From positions 117,862,001-117,926,000 of the forward strand of contig NC_086098.1 in assembly GCF_963921235.1 (NCBI RefSeq): 64,000 nt of DNA. The letters are read 5' to 3'. The position numbers were made by a program, and so were the translations under genes. The notes under the pieces are model-generated. The model was not told where the DNA came from. It did not search any database and saw nothing but the letters and a program-made list of their open reading frames with translations. The DNA comes from Mobula hypostoma (taxonomy: Eukaryota). Below are positions 48,500-60,700 of the stretch, in pieces (the stretch's first letter is position 1; the number at the start of each line of letters is the position of its first letter).

Positions 48500-49150
48500 T
48501 ATGTGGATGGAGGAGTTCGTACGTTGACTCGGAGGCCCGGACGGGAGCTTCCATCCACCAGGTAGCAGCGTTACCTGACTTCACCTCAGATAATGGGGTG
48601 TTTTCGAGAACAGCCGAGCCGATCTTGGCAGACATCAGAATCGGAAAGGCCCCCGGCTCGGTGTCCCACTAGTGCGACAACCCCAACACCACGGAGTGCG
48701 GGGAGGCGCTGACCCCACAACCTCTCGGTGACCCGGGATGTCCCAGCTCAGGCCGAGGATCCACGTCCCTCTCCCCGACCCGACCCCGACCCCGCTCGCT
48801 CACCAGCCGCAGACCGCTAATCTCGTCATAAGCCATCAGCCCGAGGATGGAGTCGATGGCGACGATGGGAAGGTTAAGCAGCGGGTTGTCCTGGTGCAGC
48901 TGGTCGGTGCCGCCGGCGCCGGGCCCCGAATCGGCCGCTCCCTCCCCAAGCCCAGAGCCGCTACCTCCCGCTCGCTCAGCCGCCATCTCCCAACGCCGCC
49001 CCGCCGGACGTGACATACTTGCTACTGACGCTTGCCCCGCCCCGGACGTGACATACATAAGACTCGAGTTTGCCCCGCCCCGGACGTCCTTCCGCCGTTT
49101 CTCGGCGTCATCACGCAGCCTGCCCGACGGGAGGCGGAGGCGAATAGTTA
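48500..49150 (-). promoter_or_regulatory. FBXO28 CpG island promoter with triplicated GC-box/ACGT module and YY1-like site over the ATG
   Basis: GCCCCGCC(CC)GGACGT at 48998, 49034, 49072; GAGATGGCGGC spans the start codon. Confidence 0.75.
48804..48986 (-). CDS. FBXO28: F-box only protein 28, exon 1
   Basis: MAAERAGG...NPLLNLPIVAIDSILGLMAYDEISGLRL|GTGAGC; start of F-box; exons total 183+110+139+196+431 = 1059 nt = 352 aa plus stop in one frame. Confidence 0.93.
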
Positions 49151-49164
49151 AAGGCGGAGAGGGA

Positions 49165-51480
49165 GGGATGGTGGAGTGTCGGGGGGAGGGTGTTCAGAGG
49201 AGCGAGGGTAATGAGGGGGGAGTGGAGGGGAGGGGTGAGGGTAGTAATGGGAGGGTGTTCAGAGGAGCGAGGGTAATGAGGGGGGAGGGGGGAGGGTAGT
49301 AATGGGAGGGTGTTCAGAGGAGCGAGGGTAATGAGGGGGGAGGTGAGGGTAGTAATGGGAGGGTGTTCAGAGGAGCGAGGGTAATGAGGGGGGAGGGGAG
49401 GGGAGGGGAGGGGTGAGGGTAGTAATGGGAGGGTGTTCAGAGGAGCGAGGGTAATGAGGGGGGAGGGGGGAGGGTAGTAATGGGAGGGTGTTCAGAGGAG
49501 CGAGGGTAATGAGGGGGGAGTGGAGGGGTGAGGGTAGTAATGGGAGGGTGTTCAGAGGAGCGAGGGTAATGAGGGGGGAGGGGAGGGGAGGGGAGGGGTG
49601 AGGGTAGTAATGGGAGGGTGTTCAGAGGAGCGAGGGTAATGAGGGGGGAGGGGGGAGGGTAGTAATGGGAGGGTGTTCAGAGGAGCGGGGTAATGAGGGG
49701 GGAGTGGAGGGGTGAGGGTAGTAATGGGAGGGTGTTCAGAGGAGCGAGGGTAATGAGGGGGGCGGGGAGTGGAGGGGTGAGGGTAGTATGGGAGGGTGTT
49801 CAGAGGAGCGAAGGTAATGAGGGGGGAGTGGAGGGGTGAGGGTAGTAATGGGAGGGTGTTCAGAGGGGCGAGGGTAATGAGGGGGGTGGGGAGTGGAGGG
49901 GTGAGGGTAGTAATGGGAGGGTGTTCAGAGGAGCGAGGGTAATGAGGGGGGCGGGGAGTGGAGGGGTGAGGGTAGTAATGGGAGGGTGTTCAGAGGAGCG
50001 AGGGTAATGAGGGGGGAGTGGAGGGGTGAGGGTAGTAATGGGAGGGTGTTCAGAGGAGCGAGGGTAATGAGGGGGGTGGGGAGGGGAGGGGTGAGGGTAG
50101 TAATGGGAGGGTGTTCAGAGGAGCGAGGGTAATGAGGGGGGAGTGGAGGGGTGAGGGTAGTAATGGGAGGGTGTTCAGAGGAGCGAGGGTAATGAGGGGG
50201 GCGGGGAGTGGAGGGGTGAGGGTAGTAATGGGAGGGTGTTCAGAGGAGTGAGGGTAATGAGGGGGGCGGGGAGTGGAGGGGTGAGGGTAGTAATGGGAGG
50301 GTGTTCAGAGGAGCGAGGGTAATGAGGGGGGAGTGGAGGGGTGAGGGTAGTAATAGGGTGTTCAGAGGAGCGAGGGTAATGAGGGGGGCGGGGAGTGGAG
50401 GGGTGAGGGTAGTAATGGGAGGGTGTTCAGAGGAGCGAGGGTAATGAGGGGGGCGGGGAGTGGAGGGGTGAGGGTAGTAATGGGAGGGTGTTCAGAGGAG
50501 CGAGGGTAATGAGGGGGGAGTGGAGGGGTGAGGGTAGTAATGGGAGGGTGTTCAGAGGAGCGAGGGTAATGAGGGGGGAGTGGAGGGGAGGGGTGAGGGT
50601 AGTATGGGAGGGTGTTCAGAGGAGCGAGGGTAATGAGGGGGGAGTGGAGTGGAGGGGTGAGGGTAGTAAGGGGGGGTTGTTCAGAGGAGCGAGGGAACTG
50701 GGGGGGGAGGGGAGTGGTGAGGGCAGTAATGGGAGGGTGTTCAGAGGAGCGAGGGTAATGAGGGGGGAGGGGGGAGGGTAGTAATGGGAGTGTGTTCAGA
50801 GGAGTGAGGGTAATGAGGGGGGAGGGGAGGGGTGAGGGTAGTAATGGGAGGGTGTTCAGAGGAGCGAGGGTAATGAGGGGGGAGTGGAGGGGTGAGGGTA
50901 GTAATGGGAGGGTGTTCAGAGGAGCGAGGGTAATGAGGGGGGCGGGGAGTGGAGGGGTGAGGGTAGTAATGGGAGGGTGTTCAGAGGAGCGAGGGTAATG
51001 AGGGGGGAGGGGAGGGGTGAGGGTAGTAATGGGAGGGTGTTCAGAGGAGCGAGGGTAATGAGGGGGGAGTGGAGGGGTGAGGGTAGTAATGGGAGGGTGT
51101 TCAGAGGAGCGAGGGTAATGGGGGAGGGGAGGGGTGAGGGTAGTAATGGGAGGGTGTTCAGAGGAGCGAGGGTAATGAGGGGGGTGGGGAGTGGAGGGGT
51201 GAGGGTAGTAATGGGAGGGTGTTCAGAGGGGCGAGGGTAATGAGGGGGAGGGGAGGGGTGAGGGTAGTAATGGGAGGGTGTTCAGAGGAGCGAGGGTAAT
51301 GAGGGGGGCGGGGAGTGGAGGGGTGAGGGTAGTAATGGGAGGGTGTTCAGAGGGGCGAGGGTAATGAGGGGGAAGGGGGAGGGTAATAATGGGAGGGTGT
51401 TCAGAGGGGAAGAAGGGGAGGGTGGAGTGTCGGGGAGGGTGTTCAGAGGGGCAAGGGTAATGAGGGGAGGGATGTGTGTG
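49165..51480. repeat. About 60-bp purine-rich minisatellite (GGAGGGTGTTCAGAGGAGCGAGGGTAATGAGGGGGGAGTGGAGGGGTGAGGGTAGTAATG)n, about 37 copies
   Basis: Seen directly; 49981-50040 is one unit; unit length varies in the G-rich linker. Confidence 0.97.
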
Positions 51481-51525
51481 GAGTGTTGTGGGGGAGGGTG
51501 AGGAAAGGGACAGAGGGGGAGGGTT

Positions 51526-52530
51526 ATAGAAACACAATATACAGCACAATACAGGCCCTTCAGCCCACAATGCTGTGCCGAACATGTCCTTACCTTAGAA
51601 TTACCTAGGGTTACCCATAGCCCTCTATTTTACTAGGCTCCATGTACTATCCAGGAGTCTCAATCGTTTCCTCCTTCACCATTTTCGCCAGCAGCCCATT
51701 CCAAGCACTCACCACTCTCTATGTAAAAAGCTTACCCCTGACATCTCCTCTGTACCTACTTCCAAGCACCTTAAAACTGTGCCCTCTCGTGTTAGCCATT
51801 TCAGCCCTGGGAAAATGCCTCTCATCATCTTATACACCTCTATCAAGTCACCTCTCAGCCGCTGTTGCTCCAAGGAAAAAAGGCCAAGTTCACAACCTAT
51901 TCTCATAAAGCATGCTCCCCAATCTTGGCAACATCCTTGTAAGTCTCCTCTGCACCCTTTCTATGGTTTCCACATCCTTCCTGTTGTGAGGTGACCAGAA
52001 TTGAGCATGGTTCTCCAAGTGGGGTCTGACCAGGGTCCTACAAAACAGCAACATTACCTCTCGGCTCCTAAATTCAATCCCACGATTGATGAAGGCCAAT
52101 GCACCGTATGCCTTCTTAACCACAGAGTCAACTTGCGCAGTTGATTTGAGTGTCTTATGGACTCGGACCACAAGATCCTTCTGATCCTCCACACTACCAA
52201 GAGTCTTACCATTAATACTATATTATGTCATCATATTTGATCTACCAAAGTGAACCACCTCACACCTATCTGGGTTGAACTCCATCTGCCACTTCTCAGC
52301 CCAGCTTTGCATCCTATCAATGTCCAGCTGTAACCTCTGACAGCCCTCCACACTATCAACAACACCTCCAACCTTTGTGTCATCAGCAAATTTACTAACC
52401 CATCCCTCCACTTCCTCACCCAGGTCATTTATAAAAGTCACAAAAAGTAGGTCCCAGAACAGATCCCTGAGGCACACCACTGGTGACCGACCTCCATGCA
52501 GAATATGACTTGTCTATAACCACTCTTTGG
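51526..52530 (-). mobile_element. CR1 family A 3' fragment (about 1 kb)
   Basis: INDLGEEVEGWVSKFADDTKVGG...WQMEFNPDRCEVVHFG; 3' UTR like 2400-2527. Confidence 0.92.
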
Positions 52531-53252
52531 TTATGTACATATAAAGAAAACTGAAACTACAATCTAGACCCTAATCTGACACACAGCTAATATCGCCTTC
52601 CAGTAGCCGATCTGTGGCCTGAAGGCTCCAGTCTCTCAGTGACATGTGAGCGTGAAGGGAGGTTCTGCTTCTCCTGTCTGGCCCCAACCTGAAGGTCATC
52701 CTGTTTCCACATTCTAGCAGCTCCGATAGTTCGGCAACAGTGGGCACTGGGGTCACTGCTCCTGAGAGGCAGCAGGAGGGCACGGAACCATGAGGAGTCC
52801 GTCAGCTCCCGAACACGTCGGTCTGTCCTCCCTCCTCTGTGGGAAAGTCACAACAAACTCCTCAGTCCACCACAGAAACCGGCCTCCCTTCCATTGACTT
52901 CTCACTGCCTTGCCAACATTCTCTCTTCCCCCTTCCACTGGAAAGCCTGAAAGCACATACCACCAGGCTTCTATCCTGTTGTTACAAGAACACCGAGTGT
53001 TCCCTAATAAAACACGGTGAACACTTGACATCACAAGTAACCCTATTATGGCTTTGTAACAGACTGGCGAACAACCACGTGGGCTGTGAGTTCTGGAGCC
53101 TGCTGCTCCTTCATCTTGCTGGAACAATACCCAACAGTGCCTCCTCCGGGAGGAAGTATAAGGCAGAGAACCCCATGGACCTGATACATAGCAAAGGAGA
53201 ACAGGGTCATGATAGGCTGCCGGCCAGTGTCTGCTACACAACTCCATGACAA

Positions 53253-55380
53253 GATATGCAATGGCAAGCATTTAAAGATCGCATGAATGAACTACAACAA
53301 TTGTTCATCCCAGTTTGGCAAAAGAATAAACCAGGGAAGGTAGTGCACCCATGGCTGACAAGGGAAACTAGGGATAGTATCAATTCCAAAGAAGAAGCAT
53401 ACAAATTAGCCAGAAAAAGTGGCTCACCTGAGGACTGGGAGAAATTCAGAGTTCAGCAGAGGAGGACAAAGGGCTTAATTAGGAAAGGGAAAAGAGGTTA
53501 TGAGAGAAAACTGGCAGGGAACATAAAAACTGACTGTAAAAGCTTTTATAGATATGTGAAAAGAAAAAGATTGGTTAAGACAAATGTAGGTCCCCTGCAG
53601 ACAGAAACAGGTGAATTGATTATGGGGAGCAAGGACATGGCAGACCAACTGAATAATTACTTTAGTTCTGTCTTCACTAAGGAGGACATAAATAATCTTC
53701 TGGAAATAGTAGGGGACAGAGGGTCCAGTGAGATGGAGGAACTGAGGGAAATACATGTTAGTAGGGAAGTGGTGTTAGGTAAATTGAAGGGATTAAAGGC
53801 AGATAAATCCCCAGGGCCAGATGGTCTGCATCCCAGAGTGCTTAAGGAAGTAGCCCAAGAAATAGTGGATGCATTAGTGATAATTTTTCAAAACTCTTCA
53901 GATTCTGGATTAGTTCCTGAGGATTGGAGGGTGGCTAATGTAACCCCACTTTTTAAAAAAGGAGGGAGAGAGAAAGCGGGGAATTATAGACCGGTTAACC
54001 TAACATCGGTGGTGGGGAAAATGCTGGAGTCAGTTATCAAAGATGTGATAACAGCACATTTGGAAAGCGGTGAAATCATCGGACAAAGTCAGCATGGATT
54101 TGTGAAAGGAAAATCATGTCTGACGAATCTCATAGAATTTTTTGAGGATGTAACTAGTAGAGTGGATAGGGGAGAACCAGTGGATGTGGTATATTTGGAT
54201 TTTCAAAAGGCTTTTGACAAGGTCCCACACAGGAGATTAGTGTGCAAACTTAAAGCACACGGTATTGGGGGTATGGTATTGATCTGGATAGAGAATTGGT
54301 TGGCAGACAGGAAGCAAAGAGTGGGAATAAACGGGACCTTTTCAGAATGGCAGGCAGTGACTAGTGGGGTACCGCAAGGCTCAGTGCTGGGACCCCAGTT
54401 GTTTACAATATATATTAATGACTTGGATGAGGGAATTAAATGCAGCATCTCCAAGTTTGCGGATGACACGAAGCTGGGCGGCAGTGTTAGCTGTGAGGAG
54501 GATGCTGAGAGGATGCAGGGTGACTTGGATAGGTTAGGTGAGTGGGCAAATTCATGGCAGATGCAATTTAATGTGGATAAATGTGAAGTTATCCACTTTG
54601 GTGGCAAAAACAGGAAAACAGATTATTATCTGAATGGTGGCCGATTAGGAAAAGGGGAGGTGCAACGAGACCTGGGTGTCATTGTACACCAGTCATTGAA
54701 AGTGGGCATGCAGGTACAGCAGGCGGTGAAAAAGGCGAATGGTATGCTGGCATTTATAGCAAGAGGATTCGAGTACAGGAGCAGGGAGGTACTACTGCAG
54801 TTGTTCAAGGCCTTGGTGAGACCACACCTGGAGTATTGTGTGCAGTTTTGGTCCCCTAACCTGAGGAAAGACATCCTTGCCATAGAGAGAGTGCAAAGAA
54901 GGTTCACCAGATTGATTCCTGGGATGGCAGGACTTTCATATGATGAAAGACTGGGTGAACCAGGCTTATACTCGTTGGAATTTAGAAGATTGAGGGGGGA
55001 TCTGATTGAAACGTATAAAATCCTAAAGGGATTGGACAGGCTAGATGCAGGAAGATTGTTCCCGATGTTGGGGAAGGCCAGAATGAGGGGCCACAGTTTG
55101 AGGATAAAGGGGAAGCCTTTTAGGACCAAGATGAGGAAAAACTTCTTCACACAGAGAGTGGTGAATCTGTGGAATTCTCTGCCACAGGAAACAGTTGAGG
55201 CCAGTTCATTGGCTATATTTAAGAGGGAGTTAGATCCCTTGTGGCTAAAGGGATCGGGGGTATGGAGGGAAGGCTGGTACAGGGTTCTGAGCTGGATGAT
55301 CAGCCATGATCATACTGAATGGTGGTGCAGGCTGGAAGGGCCGAATGGCCTACTCCTGCACCTATTTTCTATGTTTCTAT
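53253..55380 (+). mobile_element. CR1 LINE, family B, 5'-truncated, RT domain uninterrupted (708-aa ORF)
   Basis: Full RT motif set including FADD; no endonuclease domain; small deletion near 55234 shifts the frame into the 3' UTR; TTTTCTATGTTTCTAT tail. Confidence 0.95.
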
Positions 55381-55406
55381 GATGCCCAGCTGCATACTCC
55401 CACCTT

Positions 55407-55422
55407 CCACCAGGGGGCAGCA
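55407..55422 (+). promoter_or_regulatory. CTCF motif
   Basis: CCACCAGGGGGCAGCA matches the CTCF core CCASYAGRKGGCRS. Confidence 0.6.
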
Positions 55423-55499
55423 CCAGCACCAGTAGGGACTAATTCCTCACCTTGGGAGGGAGCATTGCTTCAGATAAAGTTGGTCGAGTGGTAGGTGGC

Positions 55500-56750
55500 A
55501 GGTGGTTGTTATTGAGTGGTGGATCAAAAGCCTGGCTGGTAAATTATTAGTGTCACACATACAGTGAAAACTTTGTTTTGCACCTTAAAGCATTTCATCG
55601 CATCAGTACAGTGAGAAGGTAACAGTGAAAACAATAACAGAATGCAGAAGAAAGTGTTACAGCTCCTGAGTGCAGGCCGACAGTATTGTGCAGCGCCACA
55701 ATGAGGCCGAGTCCTATTTTCAGGGGCCATTGCATGTTCTCATGTACAGTGGGATAGAAGGTGCATGTTTCAGGGCTTCGGTACCTTCTGTCCAATGTCC
55801 GAGGTGGGAGGGGTCTTTGATTATGTTGGCTGTTTTACCGAGGCAGAGAGAAGTGTAGACGGGGAGGCTGGTTTTTACGATTTGCTGAGCCGTGTCTGCA
55901 ACTCCCTACAATGACTGAGTGCTTGCTGTATTAAGCTCATACTGCCGTAGGCATCCAGGTAACAATCGGTGAGGGTCAAAGGAGACATCCCAACTTTCGT
56001 CAGCCTTTTGAAGAAGTAGAGGCACTGATGAGCTTTCTTGGCCTTGCGCTGACGTTGTTGGACCAGGATGGGGCCTCTTGACCTCGGCTTTACTGAAGTA
56101 GACTGGAGCATGTGTACCCCCCAACTTCCCGAAGCCAATAACCATCTCCTTTAGCATTGAGGGAAGGGTTGTTGTCATGACACCACATCACTGACTGTTA
56201 ATCTCCTTCCTACACTGCGACTCCCCAGTATTTGAGATACGGCCCACGTCAGAGCAGAAATCGGCCACATGGTAGAGGGACTCCAGTGTTGACAATAATA
56301 GCGGTGGAGCTGTTGCTGCCTACCCTTGCTTGTAGCCTGTTAGTCATGAAGTTGGGAATCCAATTGTAAAGGGTGCTGTTGATTCCCAGATCTAGGAGTT
56401 CGGCAGCACCGAGATGAATGGAGTGGTAGTCAATAATCAGCAGATGTCTTGACTGTCCAGATGTGAGTGTCGGGTCAGTGAGATGGCGTCTGCCGTAGAC
56501 CTGTTTTGGTGGTATGGGTGAATAGCAGTGGGTTAAGGTTGTCTGGGAGGTGGGGGGCTGGAGTCAGTGTGTGCCATGACCAGACTCTCGAAGCACTTCA
56601 TGATGGTGGAAGTCGGAGCCACTGGCCGGTAGTCATTAAGACATGTTACCTTTTTTTTCTTTGGTATCAGGATGATAGGGCAGTTGGAAACCTCAGGTTG
56701 AAGCTGGGAGCGGTTAAAAGTGTCAGCAAATATCCCCACCAACTGATGTA
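55500..56750 (-). mobile_element. Rex1/Babar-like LINE relic
   Basis: IILIPKKKKVTCLNDYRPVAPTSTIMKCFESLV and KAKKAHQCLYFFKRLTKVGMS remnants. Confidence 0.7.
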
Positions 56751-57124
56751 AGGACACAGCCAGGGACTAGGTCCTGTGAAGACCTGTCCTGTGCCCAACA
56801 TATTGATGCAATTACAAAGTAAGTGTGATAGTGGCTGTAGGGTGGAGTAGGAGTTTGAGGAGACGGTTTGTCACTAAAAACACTCGCAAGTTTCTACAGA
56901 TATGCTGTGCAAAGGATTCTAATTGGTTGTATCACTGGTATGGAGGGGCCACTGCACAGGATCGGAAAAAAATTTGAAACGGAACTGGTTCTGAGCTCTG
57001 TCCTGGAAACAGGTTATCAAAAGAACACAAAGGAAATGTTTCCTAAGCAACAAACAATTTGTTGAAGTAACTGCGCAGTTTCAGCAGAGTCTGTGGGAAT
57101 TGCTGACCTTTCAGGTCTATCCCT

Positions 57125-57225
57125 GCATCAGCACTGATAGGGGTTCCAACCCAAAATATCCACAATCCGTTTCCTTTCCACAGATGCGACTCGACTTGCT
57201 GCGTTCCTCCGGCAGATTTATTTGA
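57125..57225 (+). mobile_element. Strongly decayed Penelope-like terminal repeat
   Basis: CTGATAGGGGTTCCAACCCAAAATATC...CCACAGATGCGACTCGACTTGCTGCGTTCCTCCGGCA parallels 797-880; hammerhead core is mutated. Confidence 0.45.
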
Positions 57226-57289
57226 TGTTCCAGATCCGCGGGCCTCTGAGATGTCTCCAGGGTGGGCAGTGGCAGCAACTCCTCGCACC

Positions 57290-57457
57290 GTCCGCCAGGT
57301 GGCAGCACCGAGAGACGCCTGCCGCTCCCTACCACCAGAGGGCAGCAGCGGCCGGTGCACCAACTTGTTGCCACCGTATTCTCGCTAACCGGTTGTTGTC
57401 GGACAGTTATCCGGAAGTGCGTTTTTGATGACGTAAAAAGAGGCTGTCGGCCTGTGG
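57290..57457 (+). promoter_or_regulatory. MEA1 CpG promoter with two CTCF motifs, an ETS site and a CRE-like site
   Basis: CCGCCAGGTGGCAGCA 57292-57307, CCACCAGAGGGCAGCA 57332-57347, CCGGAAGTG 57411-57419, TGACGTAA 57429-57436. Confidence 0.7.
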
Positions 57458-57721
57458 ATGGAATTTGAAGCCCGGACTATGAGCCCGGAACGAGTGTTAC
57501 CCGAGGCCGAGGCCGAGGCCGAGGGGCAGGGCCACGGTAGCGGGTTGGGTCCGGCGGCGTGGAGCAGCGAGGAAGAGGAGGAGGACGAGGAGGAGGAGCT
57601 GGCAGGGTCTGTTCCTGAGGAAGAGCCCGGTCCCGTCGCCGGTTACCGGTACCTGCCCCTGGAGCAGGAACCCGGGGTCGCTCTCGGACATCCCGAGCCC
57701 GACATCGAGGAGCGGCTGCAG
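57458..57721 (+). CDS. MEA1: Male-enhanced antigen 1, first coding exon
   Basis: MSPERVLP...WSSEEEEE...AGYRYLPLEQEP...DIEERLQ parallels mammalian MEA1 (MGPERIFP...WSSEEPEEE...AGYSYQPLNQDP...DIQDRIQ); CAG|GTGGGC phase-0 donor; the start could be 57458 or 57479. Confidence 0.88.
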
Positions 57722-57744
57722 GTGGGCCTGAGTCCGGAGGGAGA

Positions 57745-60700
57745 GGTTGGGGGGAGAGTCGGGCCGGGGTTGGGGGAGTGTGGAGAGTCGGGCCGGGGTT
57801 GGGGGGGGGGGAGAGTCGGGCCGGGGTTGGGGGGGGTGGAGAGTCGGGCCGGGGTTGGGGGGGGTGGAGAGTCGGGCCGGGGTTGTGGGGGGGGGGGAGA
57901 GTCGGGCCGGGGTTGGGGGGGGGAGAGTCGGGCCGGGGTTGGGGGGGGTGGAGAGTCGGGCCGGGGTTGGGGGGGGGAGAGTCGGGCCGGGGTTGTGGGG
58001 GGGGGGAGAGTCGGGCCGGGGTTGGGGGGAGTGTGGAGAGTCGGGCCGGGGTTGGGGGGGAGTGTGGAGAGTCGGGCCGGGGTTGGGGGGGGTGGAGAGT
58101 CGGGCCGGGGTTGGGGGGGGTGGAGAGTCGGGCCGGGGTTGTGGGGGGGTGGAGAGTCGGGCCGGGGTTGGGGGGGGTGGAGAGTCGGGCCGGGGTTGTG
58201 GGGGGGGGAGAGTCGGGCCGGGGTTGGGGGGAGTGTGGAGAGTCGGGCCGGGGTTGTGGGGGGGGGGAGAGTCGGGCCGGGGTTGGGGGGGGGAGTGTGG
58301 AGAGTCGGGCCGGGGTTGGGGGGAGTGTGGAGAGTCGGGCCGGGGTTGGGGGGAGTGTGGAGAGTCGGGCCGGGGTTGGGGGGGGTGGAGAGTCGGGCCG
58401 GGGTTGGGGGGGGGAGTGTGGAGAGTCGGGCCGGGGTTGGGGGGGGGGAGAGTCGGGCCGGGGTTGGGGGGGTGTGGAGAGTCGGGCCGGGGTTGGGGGG
58501 GGGTGGAGAGTCGGGCCGGGGTTGGGGGGGGGAGAGTCGGGCCGGGGTTGGGGGGGAGTGTGGAGAGTCGGGCCGGGGTTGGGGGGGGGTGGAGAGTCGG
58601 GCCGGGGTTGTGGGGGGGGGGAGAGTCGGGCCGGGGTTGGGGGGGGGGAGTGTGGAGAGTCGGGCCGGGGTTGGGGGGAGTGTGGAGAGTCGGGCCGGGG
58701 TTGGGGGGAGTGTGGAGAGTCGGGCCGGGGTTGGGGGGGAGTGTGGAGAGTCGGGCCGGGGTTGTGGGGGGGGTGTGGAGAGTCGGGCCGGGGTTGTGGG
58801 GAGTGTGGAGAGTCGGGCCGGGGTTGGGGGGGAGGTGGAGAGTGGGGCGGGCCGGGGTTGTGGGGAGTGTGGAGAGTCGGGCCGGGGTTGGAGGGGGGGA
58901 GAGTCGGGCCGGGGTTGGGGGGGGAGAGTCGGGCCGGGGTTGGGGGGGGTGGAGAGTCGGGCCGGGGTTGGGGGGGGTGGAGAGTCGGGCCGGGGTTGGG
59001 GGGGAGTGTGGAGAGTCGGGCCGGGGTTGGGGGGGGGTGGAGAGTCGGTCCGGGGTTGGGGGGGGTGGAGAGTCGGGCCGGGGTTGGGGGGGGGTGGAGA
59101 GTCGGGCCGGGGTTGGGGGGTGGAGAGTCGGGCCGGGGTTGGGGGGGGGAGTGTGGAGAGTCGGGCCGGGGTTGGGGAGGGGAGAGTCGGGCCGGGGTTG
59201 TGGGGGGGGGGTGTCGGGCCGGGGTTGGGGGGGGTGGAGAGTCGGGCCGGGGTTGTGGGGGGGGGAGAGTCGGGCCGGGGTTGGGGGGAGTGTGGAGAGT
59301 CGGGCCGGGGTTGGGGGGAGTGTGGAGAGTCGGGCCGGGGTTGGGGGGGGTGGAGAGTCGGGCCGGGGTTGGGGGGAGTGTGGAGAGTCGGCCCGGGGTT
59401 GGGGGGGGTGGAGAGTCGGGCCGGGGTTGGGGGGGGGAGAGTCGGGCCGGGGTTGGGGGGGGGAGAGTCGGGCCGGGGTTGGGGGGGGGAGTGTGGAGAG
59501 TCGGGCCGGGGTTGGGGGGGGAGAGTCGGGCCGGGGTTGGGGGGGGGAGTGTGGAGAGTCGGGCCGGGGTTGGGGGGGGGAGTGTGGAGAGTCGGGCCGG
59601 GGTTGGGGGGGGTGGAGAGTCGGGCCGGGGTTGGGGGGGGGGAGAGTCGGGCCGGGGTTGTGGGGGGGGTGGAGAGTCGGGCCGGGGTTGGGGGGGGAGT
59701 GTGGAGAGAGTCGGGCCGGGGTTGGGGGGGGGGAGAGTCGGGCCGGGGTTGGGGGGGGTGGAGAGTCGGGCCGGGGTTGGGGGGGTGGAGAGTCGGGCCG
59801 GGGTTGGGGGGGGTGGAGAGTCGGGCCGGGGTTGGGGGGAGTGTGGAGAGTCGGGCCGGGGTTGGGGGGGGTGGAGAGTCGGGCCGGGGTTGGGGGGAGT
59901 GTGGAGAGTCGGCCCGGGGTTGGGGGGGGAGTGTGGAGAGTCGGGCCGGGGTTGGGGGGGGTGGAGAGTCGGGCCGGGGTTGGGGGGGGGGAGTGTGGAG
60001 AGTCGGGCCGGGGTTGGGGGGGTGGAGAGTCGGCCCGGGGTTGGGGGGAGTGTGGAGAGTCGGCCCGGGGTTGGGGGGGGAGTGTGGAGAGTCGGGCCGG
60101 GGTTGGGGGGGGTGGAGAGTCGGGCCGGGGTTGGGGGGGGGTGGAGAGTCGGGCCGGGGTTGGGGGGAGTGTGGAGAGTCGGGCCGGGGTTGGGGGGGGG
60201 GTGGAGAGTCGGGCCGGGGTTGGGGGGGGGTGGAGAGTCGGGCCGGGGTTGGGGGGGGGTGGAGAGTCGGGCCGGGGTTGGGGGGGGGTGGAGAGTCGGG
60301 CCGGGGTTGGGGGGGGAGTGTGGAGAGTCGGGCCGGGGTTGGGGGGGGTGGAGAGTCGGGCCGGGGTTGGGGGGGTGGAGAGTCGGGCCGGGGTTGGGGG
60401 GGCGGAGTGTGGAGAGTCGGGCCGGGGTTGGGGGGGGGTGGAGAGTCGGGCCGGGGTTGGGGGGGGTGGAGAGTCGGGCCGGGGTTGGGGGGGGTGGAGA
60501 GTCGGGCCGGGGTTGGGGGGGGTGGAGAGTCGGGCCGGGGTTGGGGGGGGGTGGAGAGTCGGGCCGGGGTTGGGGGGGGGTGGAGAGTCGGGCCGGGGTT
60601 GGGGGGGTGGAGAGTCGGGCCGGGGTTGGGGGGGGGAGAGTCGGGCCGGGGTTGGGGGGGGTGGAGAGTCGGGCCGGGGTTGGGGGGGGTGGAGAGTCGG

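Noticed and set aside
53256-55382. 708-aa RT ORF as an autonomous or domesticated retroelement gene
   Set aside because: Lacks ORF1, endonuclease and promoter, has a 3' frameshift and closely resembles other truncated copies; openness is explained by youth
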